Source: Epithemia pelagica
Taxonomy: Eukaryota > Protista > Bacillariophyta
Assembly: GCA_946965045.2 (NCBI GenBank)
Contig: OX337230.1
Location: 3,286,001 to 3,350,000 of the forward strand
Reading direction: 5' to 3'
DNA: 64,000 nt
A program made the position numbers and the translations under genes. This document shows positions 8,271 through 19,924 of the stretch, piece after piece. The number at the start of each line of letters is the position of its first letter. Positions within the stretch are counted from its first letter, which is position 1. The notes below the pieces were generated by a model. The model searched no databases, had not been told where the DNA came from, and saw nothing but the letters and a program-made list of their open reading frames with translations.

Positions 8271-10368
8271 TAAAGACGACATGAGGATAGGTAGCTAGGT
8301 CATTATCAGTTGGAATGCCTAGACTATCCAAATAGACAAGTCCACCCTTAAAGATCAAAGGTAAGGCATAACCGTCTAGAGTCTCAATACGCTGTCGACC
8401 ACCGACAAGAACTGACTTGTCATCAACAAGAGTCTTGAAATATTCCATTTGTGGTGGAGAGTGAATCGAACGACCTTTTCCAAGGTAGGCATACTCATGG
8501 AAAATACCAACGATTGTACCTAGCTGTGTAGAATAAAGACCTGCAGCGGTAACAATGTCCAAGCCAGTTACCTCATGATTATCAATGCCAACAATGTTAA
8601 TCTTTCGACCAGTTTTGTGGATAATCTTCAAATCACTCCCAGCTAAACCACCATTGGCCCCTCTATCAATCAACTGAAAGGTAGGGTTAAGGTTAGCCTT
8701 TGAGAAGCGATAGGTAGCATTGATAGAGAAACTAACACCCTTAGATTTAGCCTTGTTGGCAGAAAGGACGCGCTGAATATCGGATTCAGGATAATCAGTT
8801 TGCTCATGTAACATTGTGAGAAGCTGATCAGGATTAGGATCAGACTCAGTAGCATCAGCAGCTTCCTGGCAAGCTTCTTCAGTATTATCAGTAGCTGTTG
8901 GAATTTCATCAGCAGATGATTCACTAACCTCATGTAGATTCGTTTGACGAGGTTTAGAATTAGGTGAGTTAGCCAAGATACGTTTATTGTGTGCTTTTAG
9001 CATCTCTTTAACTTCATCTGAAGTAGCATCCCAAATATCCTTAGGGAGAAAAATACGCTGAGTACGAGTATCAATGCGATTACGAGTCCGATTAGCTTGA
9101 AAAATAGACACAAGATCCTCTTGAATGAAATCATCATGAGAACTAGAATGATCAGAGTCAAAAATATCGTGATCACACTGTTGGGAAGCATAAGCTCGTC
9201 GTTTAGATCCATTCTTGCTAGCTAAGTGCTGATCAAATTGAAAAGCAGCATTAGTCAACACACGATAGTAGTCATCATAGGACATCTTTGCATGAGTCCC
9301 AGATTGAGATTTAAGAAAATCATCGAAAATCTTGACACGTCGAAGATCTTCATTACCATCCACAGCTTGCATGAGAAAAGTAGTACGTGAAAAATCAGGT
9401 AGCTTTTGGCTAGAATCACATAGACTATCTAAAAGACGTAGTTGTTCATTGAAATGAAGCAAGAACTGGGATGTAGTGCCTCTCCATGCTGAATCAAGAC
9501 GAATGTTTGTAAGATAGGCAGTAAGACGCATGATTTCCTTGCGTGACAACTCGGAGTCCGTATGATGAGTGCGTAACTCATCTAGGACGGCTGCAGCATC
9601 CATGTCCATAGTATGGGCACGAATGATAGCACAACCTTTATCAGTTTGTAAACAACGAACTAAAACTGAATATAGAAAGATCTGTTGTTCTCGATAAAGA
9701 GCAGAGGCAGCAGGATCTGTGGAATCCACAACAAAAGAAGGATCCAAAACATTGCCTAATCCTTGAGCAAGTGCAGTAGCGCGAAAACTACGCATAAAGG
9801 GGTCATAGTTTTTATCTTCCTTGAGTACTTCATATGCCGTTGAGTCGCGTTTAATGCCTTTACGAAAGGTAGTCAAATCTTGCTGGGACTGAGACAAGTT
9901 AGACGTAGTAGACTTCCCCCCCGGAGTGCCAAGAGATGGAGTACCTGGAGTAGACGGCACGTTTAAGGCCCGAGACTGAAAAGGTGTAGGGAAATGAGTC
10001 CCGATGCGAAACCGACCATATTCCTCGCGAGTAATTGCTAACCAGTCATCAGCACCAAAGAAACGCGTAGCGAGAGATTGAAGATGATGAGCCCAAAGGA
10101 GAAAAGCACGGATTTGCTTAGCGAAGCTAGGATGTAATTTCTGGGTCTTATTCTGTCGCTTAGTTTTAAAATCGAGGTCATCCGCAAGGGTTTCAGGATC
10201 GGTGACATACAACTCAAGAAACTCAGAGAAGTCTAAAAATTTGTGATGAGTAAACCAGTCTTGGAAATCAGTAAGGCGATCGGGGGGTTGTTTCAAGATT
10301 GTAGTAAAGATGTGCTGAAAAACTGGATCCTGGGAAAGATCTACTGCATTCTCAGTCGGTTCCGTCAT
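8271..10368 (-). pseudogene. E3 gag-protease, truncated before integrase
   Basis: The 737-aa ORF aligns to the E1 N-terminus up to HVVF and then reads into unrelated sequence (8155-8270). Confidence 0.88.
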
Positions 10369-11425
10369 GATATCAGTAAACTAGGTAGAACTAGGTGAAA
10401 AACTTGAATATCTTGAGCGGAGATAGGACGAAGTTACTACTGAAGAGCCCTCTGAATCAAATTCACCAGGTAGTAGCCTACTTGTATCCGTCTCCAAAAA
10501 CTTGAAAAACTTGAAAATAAAACCAAATAAAATACTTGAAATCAAACCGATTGAAAATAAAACTCCAAGCAGAGGTGCTATTCAGAACCGGGAGCAATGT
10601 CACGGGGCTCGCTGAGCGAAGCTAATTAGAATGTGACGCGCTTCCACTACAGTCTTTAGGCTAGGTTGCTACCCGAGGGTAACGAAGAACTAGCAAGATC
10701 TGACGGTGTCTGTTCTTGACTCCACACACCGGGATTGCCAATCCCTAGCCCAAACTCCACGTGTAGGAAGGAAAAGAAGCGATCAAAAGGCGGAAAAACC
10801 AAGAACAATCGCGCGCCAGGAAGGTAACGTCTGGCAGTTAAGCAATCTGTCCACAGCGCAAAGATAGAGAGCCTGATCGCTTGGCAGGCGACAGCAACAG
10901 ATGCGTTGTAAGTAACGAACACGTGTGCCGAAGCACGCGAAGTAGTACCTGTTGAGTACCTTAACTTCGCCCCCTGACGGTATCCAGCCGGTCTGGCAAG
11001 GATCGCCCTCTTTTCGGCCTTGCGGCTTACTTGTACGTAAAGTACGGGATGGGGATACGACAGTCTCGCGGGGACTGGGAGTTGGGTTGCCCGTGGGATT
11101 GGTTACCTCGATAGTTCCCCCAACTCTGTTTTCGGACACAGACAAGAAACGACGAAAAACAAAATTCGATGCCGACAATGAAGATTTTTCGACAACGATA
11201 AGACGACAACCAACCGACCCAACAACCAACCAAATGGATGAATCGATCGAATATGACGAGACAGAGAGGACGGGATATGAGAATCAATCCCTCCAAACGA
11301 ATTTTACCTTCGGAAGTAAGAACGAAAACCCAACAAACACAAACGACGCAAGAGATCGGTGAAAGACAACAATCAACCAAACGATTCGAAAAAGAGACGA
11401 GAACAACAATCAACAGGCGTGCTGT

Positions 11426-11439
11426 TGAGACTGTTAATC
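11426..11439 (-). promoter_or_regulatory. Primer-binding site of E3, GATTAACAGTCTCA
   Basis: Plus strand TGAGACTGTTAATC is immediately followed by TGACAA (LTR end, ...TTGTCA on minus). Confidence 0.85.
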
Positions 11440-12127
11440 TGACAAAAGGTAAAGGACTCCGGTCGTTACGACTTACGACACAACAATCAAAGATACAACA
11501 AAGCGTTAGACAATTCAAGGCACCAACCACGCAGCCAATTCCCCACGGGTCAAGGAAAGGGCCAGCAACTACTAGAAGAGTAGGTAGGACACAAAGAGAT
11601 GTGATGATGATGCTTTTTAGAATTGTGAGTGTTATCGTCTATGTAAGTGCTTGTTGTCGTTGTTCCCCCTTTTCCATCCATTTGTACTAGGTACGTAGAA
11701 ATCTACACGCAGCATTGCTGGTTCGTGTGCATCTGACACCTAGATCGCATTCAATCGTCCCAAGATATTGCACATGTTCATGGATGATGTCTAGCTCATG
11801 TCCAAGGCCATTGAAAGCGCCTCCTATCGTATTCCCTTTCTCTCCATTGTCTAAACTACGATCTACATGTGCTAGGTGTTTGTATATTATGACGTCACAG
11901 CCAGATGAAACCACTAGGTATTGATCGTGACTCATCGTACGATCAGTCACGGTCATCTACCTTGTGCGATTCCGGTTTCGCACTTTGGGGAGGCAGCAGG
12001 CCGATTCGATCTGAGATCAATAACGTTCTATTATTTCTTGGTTCTCTCGGTGCCACAAGACGAGCCACACGGACAAGAGCAAACAGTTCTCTTCGATCAA
12101 GTCCAAAGCGCTATTACCGGGTTGTCA
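11440..12127 (-). repeat. Inferred 5' LTR of E3 (~688 bp)
   Basis: Inner boundary is fixed by the PBS; outer boundary is inferred only from the 6-bp inverted terminus TTGTCA at 12122-12127 (no second LTR in the window). Confidence 0.6.
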
Positions 12128-12261
12128 CGGCAACGCAAAACTTCCTCCTGAACAACAACGACAACAACAGCACGACGACCACCAGTGCCAGCAAAAGCTC
12201 CCGTCTCTCCAGTGGTTCCGACGAGTTCCTCCGTTGTGTGCGTTGCTTCCAGTCCATTATC

Positions 12262-13296
12262 ATGCCTCCGGCAACTGTTTCCATTCATGATTACCGAGCT
12301 GCCTTGGCCTTGAACAACATGGCAGTGGTCCTGATCCAAAAGGGTACCTTTCGTGAAGCTATGCATACCTTGCGCGATAGTTTGACCCTCCTGCAACGAG
12401 CCTTTCAACCATCTTCTCCAGAAGCAAGTCGTGGCCAGAGGCGGTCCACCGCCACTTCTTGCCGGAGGAGGAGGAGAAGGAAGGAGCCTCAAGACACCAC
12501 CACCAAGACCAAGTACCCCAAGAAAAATGACGACAACGACAATAACAAGTGTCTGTTTGAAGCGGCTTGTCAACGGTACTCCAAGGTGCTCCTTCCACAA
12601 GGCACAAGTTCCGCCAGCAACAAGAATACGGACCACCAAGATGCACTGGAGGTGACAGTCGTGGAGGACAATGAGTTGTTCAGTCTTTTATCGGCGGCCA
12701 TGTATGGACCCAGTTCGACTCTCTGGTTTCCCATTCGCATTACCAGTTTTTCCGCCACGTGCGGAACCCACAACAACGACATGCTGCTCCTGGATCCACT
12801 CGAGGTGACCAAACAATTTGGTATTCTCTTGTACAATCATGGATTGGCGACCCTGTTGGTGGCCCAAACGACACCACCAACAACACTAAAGTCCGCTGCT
12901 TGCTCCAAATCCACCAAACAGTACATTCGCAAATCGCACAAATCCCTCCGCATGGCTCAAACCTGCTTGGTTTCCTCCCTGACCACATCCACCACCACAA
13001 CACTACTAGCGACGAACCAACATGGCCCACTCGCCGGATCAGCGTCCAAAAGTTTGGATTCCTTCATGGACCAGAACCAAGACGATGGTTCCGTCCTGCT
13101 CGTGACGGCCTTGACCCTGAATGTCCAGAGTTTGATTTTGGAATCCCGACATCAAAGTAACAAAGTCCAAGACGCCCAACGAATCGTTTCCAATCTCTGT
13201 GCCAGTGTGGACCAACAACTCGAGTTTTTCCAGACAACGACAACCACAACGACAGCCAGGACGCGGGCGTTGGGCAGCCCCGCACCGGCTGCCTAG
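12262..13296 (+). CDS. Hypothetical helical protein (ALALNNMAVVL..G..EA..TL type, commonly expanded in diatoms)
   Basis: ORF 11905-13296 begins inside the E3 LTR; likely start is ATG 12262 (MPPATVSIHDY); TPR-like helices including ILLYNHGLA. Confidence 0.7.
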   Translation: MPPATVSIHDYRAALALNNMAVVLIQKGTFREAMHTLRDSLTLLQRAFQPSSPEASRGQRRSTATSCRRRRRRKEPQDTTTKTKYPKKNDDNDNNKCLFEAACQRYSKVLLPQGTSSASNKNTDHQDALEVTVVEDNELFSLLSAAMYGPSSTLWFPIRITSFSATCGTHNNDMLLLDPLEVTKQFGILLYNHGLATLLVAQTTPPTTLKSAACSKSTKQYIRKSHKSLRMAQTCLVSSLTTSTTTTLLATNQHGPLAGSASKSLDSFMDQNQDDGSVLLVTALTLNVQSLILESRHQSNKVQDAQRIVSNLCASVDQQLEFFQTTTTTTTARTRALGSPAPAA

Positions 13297-13507
13297 TAGA
13301 GAGTTGTATATAGAATGAAGACTGCAGTGTGCATGTTTCGCAACCATACACCATAGAGATTGAATGTTTCGGTTCGCCGTTTCACTAGATCATTGTCTAC
13401 AGTACACCTGTCTAGTACTCCTAGTAACTTGCTTGGAGTAGGGGGGCTTCTAGGTAGAGTAGCTACCGGCGAGGTTGCGTACCTCCTCTAGCTAGAGTAG
13501 CAAAAAT

Positions 13508-13551
13508 TCTACCTGGCCTATCGAGAAAAGTCTACCTGGCCTATCGAGAAA
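13508..13551. repeat. 23-bp-period tandem duplication of TCTACCTGGCCTATCGAGAAA
   Basis: Copies at 13508 and 13531 in intergenic DNA. Confidence 0.85.
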
Positions 13552-14027
13552 CCCGATCCGTATTGGGTTGCATGTCTGTTGGGAATGGGACGGGCCTAAC
13601 AAGCCTTTTGAAGGCTATAGTCTTTCCGGAGTCATCGGGGGATTGAAATTTTTGTTCCTCGGTGTCCGTTGTTGTTTGCGACGCTCCCAAACTATCCCAA
13701 AGTATTCCGTTGAATCCCCAGACAAGACTCAGAACTAGGTTTGTTAGACGTGATTCCCCTCAAAACCCTCTCTCTTTCAAGATGGTGGTGTGGCCATCAA
13801 TAGTAGGAGCCAAATTTCTCTCGGCTGGATCTCGCAAGTCATTCATTCCAACAGAAATGAGGATCGTCAACACACTTTGATTGATCAAACAAGCAATATA
13901 TAAAAAAAAGAGAGCAAGGAGCCAATTGAAAACGATTCAGAAAGGCCTCTCTAGGTAGACCACAAACCCAAACCATCCAACAACCCTCTTGTAGTAGTTT
14001 CGTTCTAAACCAAACAACAAGACCACC

Positions 14028-16303
14028 ATGTCCCGAATAGCACACGGCTTGTTGTGGCTGGCCGTGTGGTTTGCTGGTTGGACAACGACCACCACCACGA
14101 CCGTTGTGGCCTTGAATTTCAAACTGCATGGTGTCACATACACGTTGCGCAAGGCTTCGGATACGGCTCCCTTGCAAGATCGGTGCAAATCCTTGGACGA
14201 GGTCGTGGCCGATTTGACCACCTTGCAAGGCCTGGCCGAAAATATCCGTGTGTCGTCCATTACCGATTGCAATACGGGCGATATTGTCTTGCGGGCCTTG
14301 GCCCAAGTTGGCGGCAATTTGCGAGTGTGGTTGGGTTTGGACGTGGGATCCACGGGTCAAGACTTTGAGTTTGAACGCAGCATTTTGTTGGCCTTGCTCA
14401 GTACCCGCAATGTGACGAGTGTCGTGGGTCTGACGGTCCTCGTCTCGGACGAAACGTCCTTGACGGTGAATCAAACGATTCAATTTCGCAATGACCTCAA
14501 GGATGACTTGATCAGTCAAGGTCTCGGCGATCGTCCCGTCACGATTGGGTACCCTTTGGACACCATGCTGGCCAATCCAGAATTGGCAACCGTCGATGAG
14601 TCGATCGTGTATTTTCACGACACGTCCTATCGCGATTCGACGACCACCATTAACGAGGCGGCCACCGACTTGTCGAATCGCGTCGACCAACTCCTTGGCA
14701 CCATCAACGGCGACACTATCGTCAACAATCGACGCATGGTCGTGGGCGCCACGGGGTGGCCCGATGGTGGCACCACGGCCACGTCGGCCAATCGACCGAG
14801 TTTGCGCAAATGGTTAAGGGATGTCGTTTGCTTGGCCCAAGACCGGGGATGGGACTATTATTGGGACACGGCCTACGATGCCACGCGCGTGTTTGATGAT
14901 GGTAGGGGACATTTGGGACTCTTGCAAGAGCAGGCGGCCGAACCTCCCACCGTGTCAACGCTCAAATCGTACTTGGTGGACTACTCGGTGGATTGTTCCC
15001 AGCCCGCCGTTCCCCTGGAGGATCCCACCTCGGATGTTTTTCCACCCCCTCCCACGGCGGCTCCGACCCAGTCGCCCACTCTGGCGCCCACGGTTCCTCT
15101 CCCGAGTGCAGCACCGTCGACCCTGCCATCGGTCGTGCCCACCACCAGTGTCCCACCGACGATTGCCACAATGGTCCCCTCGGCCCGTCCCACTCGGGTT
15201 CCCACCACGGCCGTTCCGACCAGGACCACGAGTGCGGCACCCACTCGGGAATCGGAGCGGGTCGCCAGCAACCAACAAGGTAATGACGACGACAACAACA
15301 CGGACGAGAATGCCACTACCGACAACACTACGGACGACGGCGGCGGCGGCAAGAAGCGCGAAAATCTCTTGGAATTGTCCATTCTCGGTGCCGTCGCCGG
15401 TGCCTTGGTGGGAGCACTGGTGTTGATTGTCCAAAATCGTCGACGCCGGGCGCAGGATGACAAGACATTGGCCTACCAGTCCAAGCGACACGCGGATGAC
15501 GACGATGAAGAAGAACCGCACGTCTTGGATGTCACCTCGGATGAGTTGAGTTATTTGTATCAGGGCCAAGAGGACGATGCGACCACTGTGGATCAACCGG
15601 TCGAGGTGAAGGAATTGGATACGAGTTCGCAAGCCAGTCCCTTGCTCAAGGTGGCCGAAGTGCCCGTGGAAGAACCACCCCCCGAAGAAGAATCCATTCA
15701 AGACGGTAAGCAATGTCTCGTGTATGTGCGCGAGAGAGAGACTGGCGTAAAAGTCTTGTTATTCATGGATCTGACATTTTTGTGTGTGTGTGTACCTGTT
15801 TGGTTTGGGTGGCGTCACTACACACAGAGGGGAAACGCATCGTGTTTCGAACCACCAGTGGTGACCGTGTCCGGTCCGTCAATTCCCTCCACAACAACAA
15901 GAACAGTGCGGGGAACAACAACAAGGCAGCTGGCACACCATCTCCGCATCCCTGGGCTCGATTTGGTCCGGAATATGTGGACAAGGCCAATTGGATTACG
16001 GTCCAGGCTCCTCCTGGAAAATTGGGTGTCGTGGTGGACATTCCCGATTTTGGTCCCGCCGTGGTGTTCAAAATTCGCGACACGTCCGTCTTAAAGGGCC
16101 AGGTCCACTTGGGCGATCGCTTATTGGCCGTCAATGACGTGGATGTCACGACCTATTCCGCCATGCGCATTTCGGCACTCATTGCCGATTTGTCGACGCA
16201 ACCCGTTCGAACCTTTACCCTCATGCGACATGCCTCCGGCATGCCCCATCGGTATACCGCGGCCGGCGGGGACCGCACCGACAAGAAGGACCGATTGACC
16301 TAG
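14028..16303 (+). CDS. Type I membrane protein: signal peptide, GH17-like domain, Pro/Thr stalk, TM helix, cytosolic PDZ-like domain; one intron (15706-15827)
   Basis: VWLGL, VVGATGWPDGG and YYWDTAYD resemble GH17; TM segment LSILGAVAGALVGALVLIV. The phase-1 GTAAG...CAG intron joins in frame to EGKRIV...APPGKLGVVVD...GDRLLAVND (PDZ). Confidence 0.8.
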
Positions 16304-17047
16304 ACGACGGGGGAATCATTGTCAAGGATGCGGAATTTCATGGGGCAGTTTCCAACCTTATGCTCCGTGCTGCTAAGGTGGACGGTCCAATTTTCGCTTG
16401 TTGTGGAGTATGAAATTCTATACACAAGTTCCTATGGATCAAACCTTGTCATCATCGACATATTGGGAGAATCTGGTAGGCAGGTTCCAGAAGCGCTATG
16501 TGTGGGCAAAAGCAACACACCATGCGAACCAACGCAAACGGAATGGAACGTCCGTGTACGTTTCATGAAAAGGTCATGGTCATTTGCTGTCAGCGAAAAC
16601 GAGATACGACACTTGCAAAAAAGCAAAACGACGATCAACCCGTCGATCAATGAAGTGGAAACCACAAAGACTTGGGAGGAAGCCATGTGCAGTTCCTTTC
16701 GTTCTCTTGATAATCAACTACAGAGTAATAATGCACTTAAATCTCACGACCTTCTTGACACAAACCAATCTCACCCTGTACAGTACATGCGAATATCGTC
16801 GCAGAAATGTAGTCCTCGTCCGTACCTGGGCACATACTAGCAGTACAACAAGTTGTAGAAAGACGAATATTATTATCACGACACTGGCCGTTCTTACAAA
16901 GGTAGCCCCAGATTCAAATGTCGTTTCTACAAATTTCACGTCCGAAATGGGTTGGTACATCTCAACCAAGCATGCTCTTTCTATCACACTCTAGTCACAA
17001 GAGTTGCGGTCGCCTTTGGCACGTAGTGGCACTGGTCAGGCTCGTTC

Positions 17048-19630
17048 TTAGCATTGTCGCTTGGTCACGGGGGATGCCGCGTCAGTCGTCAGGGTGAACG
17101 AAGCGGAGGAAGCCGTTGCTGGTTCATCGCAGACGGGTCCCAAGGCTTGAATGGCTTCACTCCGTCGAATTTTGCCATCTCCCGTTGTATCGAGACGTTT
17201 GTGGACCTTGTACATCATTTCCGTCACACGATCATCTTCGGGAGGTAATTGCAAGATCCTGGAAGCGGTTTGTCGCAAAATATCCCATTCGGCTTCTGTG
17301 TTGACATGATGGATCAAATCCTGGGCTACATAGTGTACCACCATTAATTCCAATGGTGAAATACATCCATTCCCATCCAAATCCGCGACACTCATGATAT
17401 TGTCAACCACCAAATCCACCACCTCGGATTGACAGTGGTTTGTGTCGTCGTCGTCGTCGTCATTGCCGTTGTTGTTGTCGTCCGGGGCGGCCAGGACCTG
17501 TTGCAAGCGTGCCTGGACTTCGGATCGAGTAATACGACCATCTTGATTGACATCGAGATCGTCAAACGATCCCAATTGTAGCCAGATCAAGGCGGAAAAC
17601 ACTTGAACAATGACCAATCGAGCAGGACGAGCCGCTTCGTGGTCCAAGAGCTGAGGATGTTGGTTTCCAGACATTGGGTGTGCTGCTGGTTCGTTTTGTT
17701 GTTGGAGGGATGCCGCCCATTTCAAGAGTGGTTCATGATTGTCCATTCCTTGTAAAAAGTTGGCGGGAAAGGTTACCCAATACGAGCGATTGGGGTCAAA
17801 AGATTTCTTCTTCTTCTTCTTCTTCTTCTTCTTCTTCTTGTTGGTATTGTTGGATGTCCCATTCTGATTGTGGTGTTGGTCGTCGTCCGAGGATGTGACA
17901 ATCCAATCAATCGTGTTCGTGTCCTGGTTGTACCCAATATTGGAACAGGTATGCAAATACCCTCCACTTCCCAACAACACCTGGTGGGAATGCGTCAAGG
18001 TATCTTGAAGGACCTTTCCGGGCAGACACGCCACGGTCATTTCGGTGGGAAAGGGCAATTCGGTGAGTAAATCCTTGTAGGTAAAGTGCGATGCTTCTTC
18101 CTCCTTTGTTGTTGTTGTGGTAGTATAACAACGATTCCCTCGCACCGACCCGGCATTCAAGAGCGCACACTCACAGCGCATGCCCATGCGCAAAATACTG
18201 GCCAAGACGGTAGTGCCCGTACTGGGACCTTGCCGATTGTCCTTGGTACTAAACACGACATCCTCATCATCATCACCATCCTTGAACCAATGATCCAATC
18301 GAAACAATCGAGCCTGTTCCAGTTGACGGACAAGATGGCCGTGTTGATGCACACGACGAATCATGGCTGGATCGGGAGGAAAGGACTTGGTGGGAATGCA
18401 TTGAAACGTAATGCGAGGCGTTGTTGTCGTCGTCGTCGATTCGTCCCATTCGATATCGGTAATACCGGTATGAGTTGCATCCATACCCACCTTGACAATC
18501 CGTGTCCAGGCATTCTTGTTATTGTTATTGTTGTGATTGGGAGGTGTGACAATTTCATTGTAGGGAACATGATCGTGACCTCCAATCAGAATGGGAAACA
18601 AGGCCGTATTTCGACGGTGGTCGTCGTCGTCCGATGGAGGATGGGGAGCGCGAGACGAGGCGTGGCTCAAAAAATGCTCGGCCATTTGGACATCGTGTTT
18701 CATGTTTTGATGCGTAATGGGAAGAATCAAGTCGACGGACGGTGCCGTGTCGTCCGTTTCGTCGTTTGTGGAGTTCTGGTTGGTTGTCAACAACAACGTG
18801 GAGACGAGTTGTTCCGTCGTTGCAATGACTGGTTTAATAGTGGCCCCGGCAAAGGCACTGGGACGATACAAGGCTGGATCCTCCGTGAGCAATCCCAACA
18901 AGGCCACTTTTCGTTGTTCTTGTTGTTGGTGGTGCGACAAGTCACTACTACCACTTCCACTCTTCTTGCCTTGTACTGTAATGATATCGTAGGGTACCGT
19001 CGTCTTGGCGTGAGGGAATTGGTGAGACCATGTCTCGTCCAACTCGGGCATGTTGGAATTGAGCCAGACCCACGGTTGGGCGTTTCCATGCGATTGGTGT
19101 TGCGATTGCAAAATTCGTTGTGGCAAGGCAGTCACGGTAGGGACATCGGCTTCGTGATTGCCCAAACATACATGAGTGACACCGGCGGCTCGCAAACAAT
19201 CCACCATGGCCGTTCCTTGATCCAAACTACTCAAGAGAGACGGAGCCAAAAAATCACCGGCCAAAATCACCACGACTCGATCGGGAACGTCACTGCTGGT
19301 CCTTCCTTGTGATTCTTCTTCTTGTCGTTGTCGTGGTTTGCTTGGAGCCGCATCACTCGTTGTCGTGGTAGTCGTTGGTGGTACTGGGTGTCGTGACGTG
19401 TGATGGGCATCGACCAAGGTTTTGAAATGAGGCAACTGATGCAATTCGTACACATCGTTAATGTGAATAATTCTCAACCAAACACCACCACTTTCTCCCT
19501 TGCTGCTACTACTCGTATGGCATTCCACTCGTTGTTGGGAAGGAGGAGAAGGCTCACCAGGATGATGATCCTCCTCGGAATCCTTTTGGTGGGTGGCTTT
19601 GCAAGACGACAACGACGACGACATTGTCAT
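17048..19630 (-). CDS. 5'-nucleotidase/calcineurin-like metallophosphoesterase fused to C-terminal EF-hands
   Basis: IIHINDVYEL, AGDFL, LGNHE, GGHDH, LNAGSVRG; EF-hand-like loops DVNQDGRITRSE, DLDGNGCISPLE, DTTGDGKIRRSE. Likely start ATG 19630. Confidence 0.85.
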   Translation of the reverse strand: MTMSSSLSSCKATHQKDSEEDHHPGEPSPPSQQRVECHTSSSSKGESGGVWLRIIHINDVYELHQLPHFKTLVDAHHTSRHPVPPTTTTTTSDAAPSKPRQRQEEESQGRTSSDVPDRVVVILAGDFLAPSLLSSLDQGTAMVDCLRAAGVTHVCLGNHEADVPTVTALPQRILQSQHQSHGNAQPWVWLNSNMPELDETWSHQFPHAKTTVPYDIITVQGKKSGSGSSDLSHHQQQEQRKVALLGLLTEDPALYRPSAFAGATIKPVIATTEQLVSTLLLTTNQNSTNDETDDTAPSVDLILPITHQNMKHDVQMAEHFLSHASSRAPHPPSDDDDHRRNTALFPILIGGHDHVPYNEIVTPPNHNNNNNKNAWTRIVKVGMDATHTGITDIEWDESTTTTTTPRITFQCIPTKSFPPDPAMIRRVHQHGHLVRQLEQARLFRLDHWFKDGDDDEDVVFSTKDNRQGPSTGTTVLASILRMGMRCECALLNAGSVRGNRCYTTTTTTKEEEASHFTYKDLLTELPFPTEMTVACLPGKVLQDTLTHSHQVLLGSGGYLHTCSNIGYNQDTNTIDWIVTSSDDDQHHNQNGTSNNTNKKKKKKKKKKKKSFDPNRSYWVTFPANFLQGMDNHEPLLKWAASLQQQNEPAAHPMSGNQHPQLLDHEAARPARLVIVQVFSALIWLQLGSFDDLDVNQDGRITRSEVQARLQQVLAAPDDNNNGNDDDDDDTNHCQSEVVDLVVDNIMSVADLDGNGCISPLELMVVHYVAQDLIHHVNTEAEWDILRQTASRILQLPPEDDRVTEMMYKVHKRLDTTGDGKIRRSEAIQALGPVCDEPATASSASFTLTTDAASPVTKRQC
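17805..17837. repeat. (TTC)11 microsatellite encoding poly-Lys in the nucleotidase gene
   Basis: Seen directly; 11 consecutive K in the translation. Confidence 0.95.
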
Positions 19631-19924
19631 GTGTTGGAATGTTTGGCAAGAATGCGTTGAGGGAAGAATCGTATCTTTGCGATGCGGTCGCAGACTCTGA
19701 ACCTTTAGGCGACTAATACGCGGATGACACGCGCGCCCGTCCCCACACGGCGCGCTTACTATAGCGTTGACTGTACAGAGACACGCTCCACACTTTCTTC
19801 GATCCATTCCCATTTCCCATTTTGTCACAACTTTTTGGTCTCTGTTGTTGTCGCTTCATTTTCATATCTTCCACACAAAGAGAGAGGAGCTGGCTGTTGC
19901 ATCCTGTATTATCTTTTCGAGACC

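Larger units (their letters stand above)
8271..12127 (-). mobile_element. Truncated Ty1/copia element E3: 5' LTR, PBS, ~1-kb leader, gag and protease
   Basis: gag-PR homologous to E1/E2 (FRKGIKRD, LIDRGANGGLAG, YPHVVF); PBS at 11426-11439; LTR bounded by TGACAA...TTGTCA. Confidence 0.88.

Noticed and set aside
10656-11229. ORFs in the E3 leader as an ORF0 homolog
   Set aside because: Only faint resemblances (SPSRTLRTSK vs NPTRTRRTSR; DRFFSFLHV vs DDYVGFIHV) in different frames; not supportable without a profile alignment.
11905-12261. N-terminal 119 aa of the 463-aa ORF
   Set aside because: Derives from the E3 LTR and 5' leader; the ATG at 12262 is the more plausible start.
18086-19312. Long antisense ORFs over real genes (e.g. 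18086-19312, 13839-14690, 14955-15713, 57375-58133)
   Set aside because: Shadow frames of motif-bearing genes on the opposite strand; no independent motifs.
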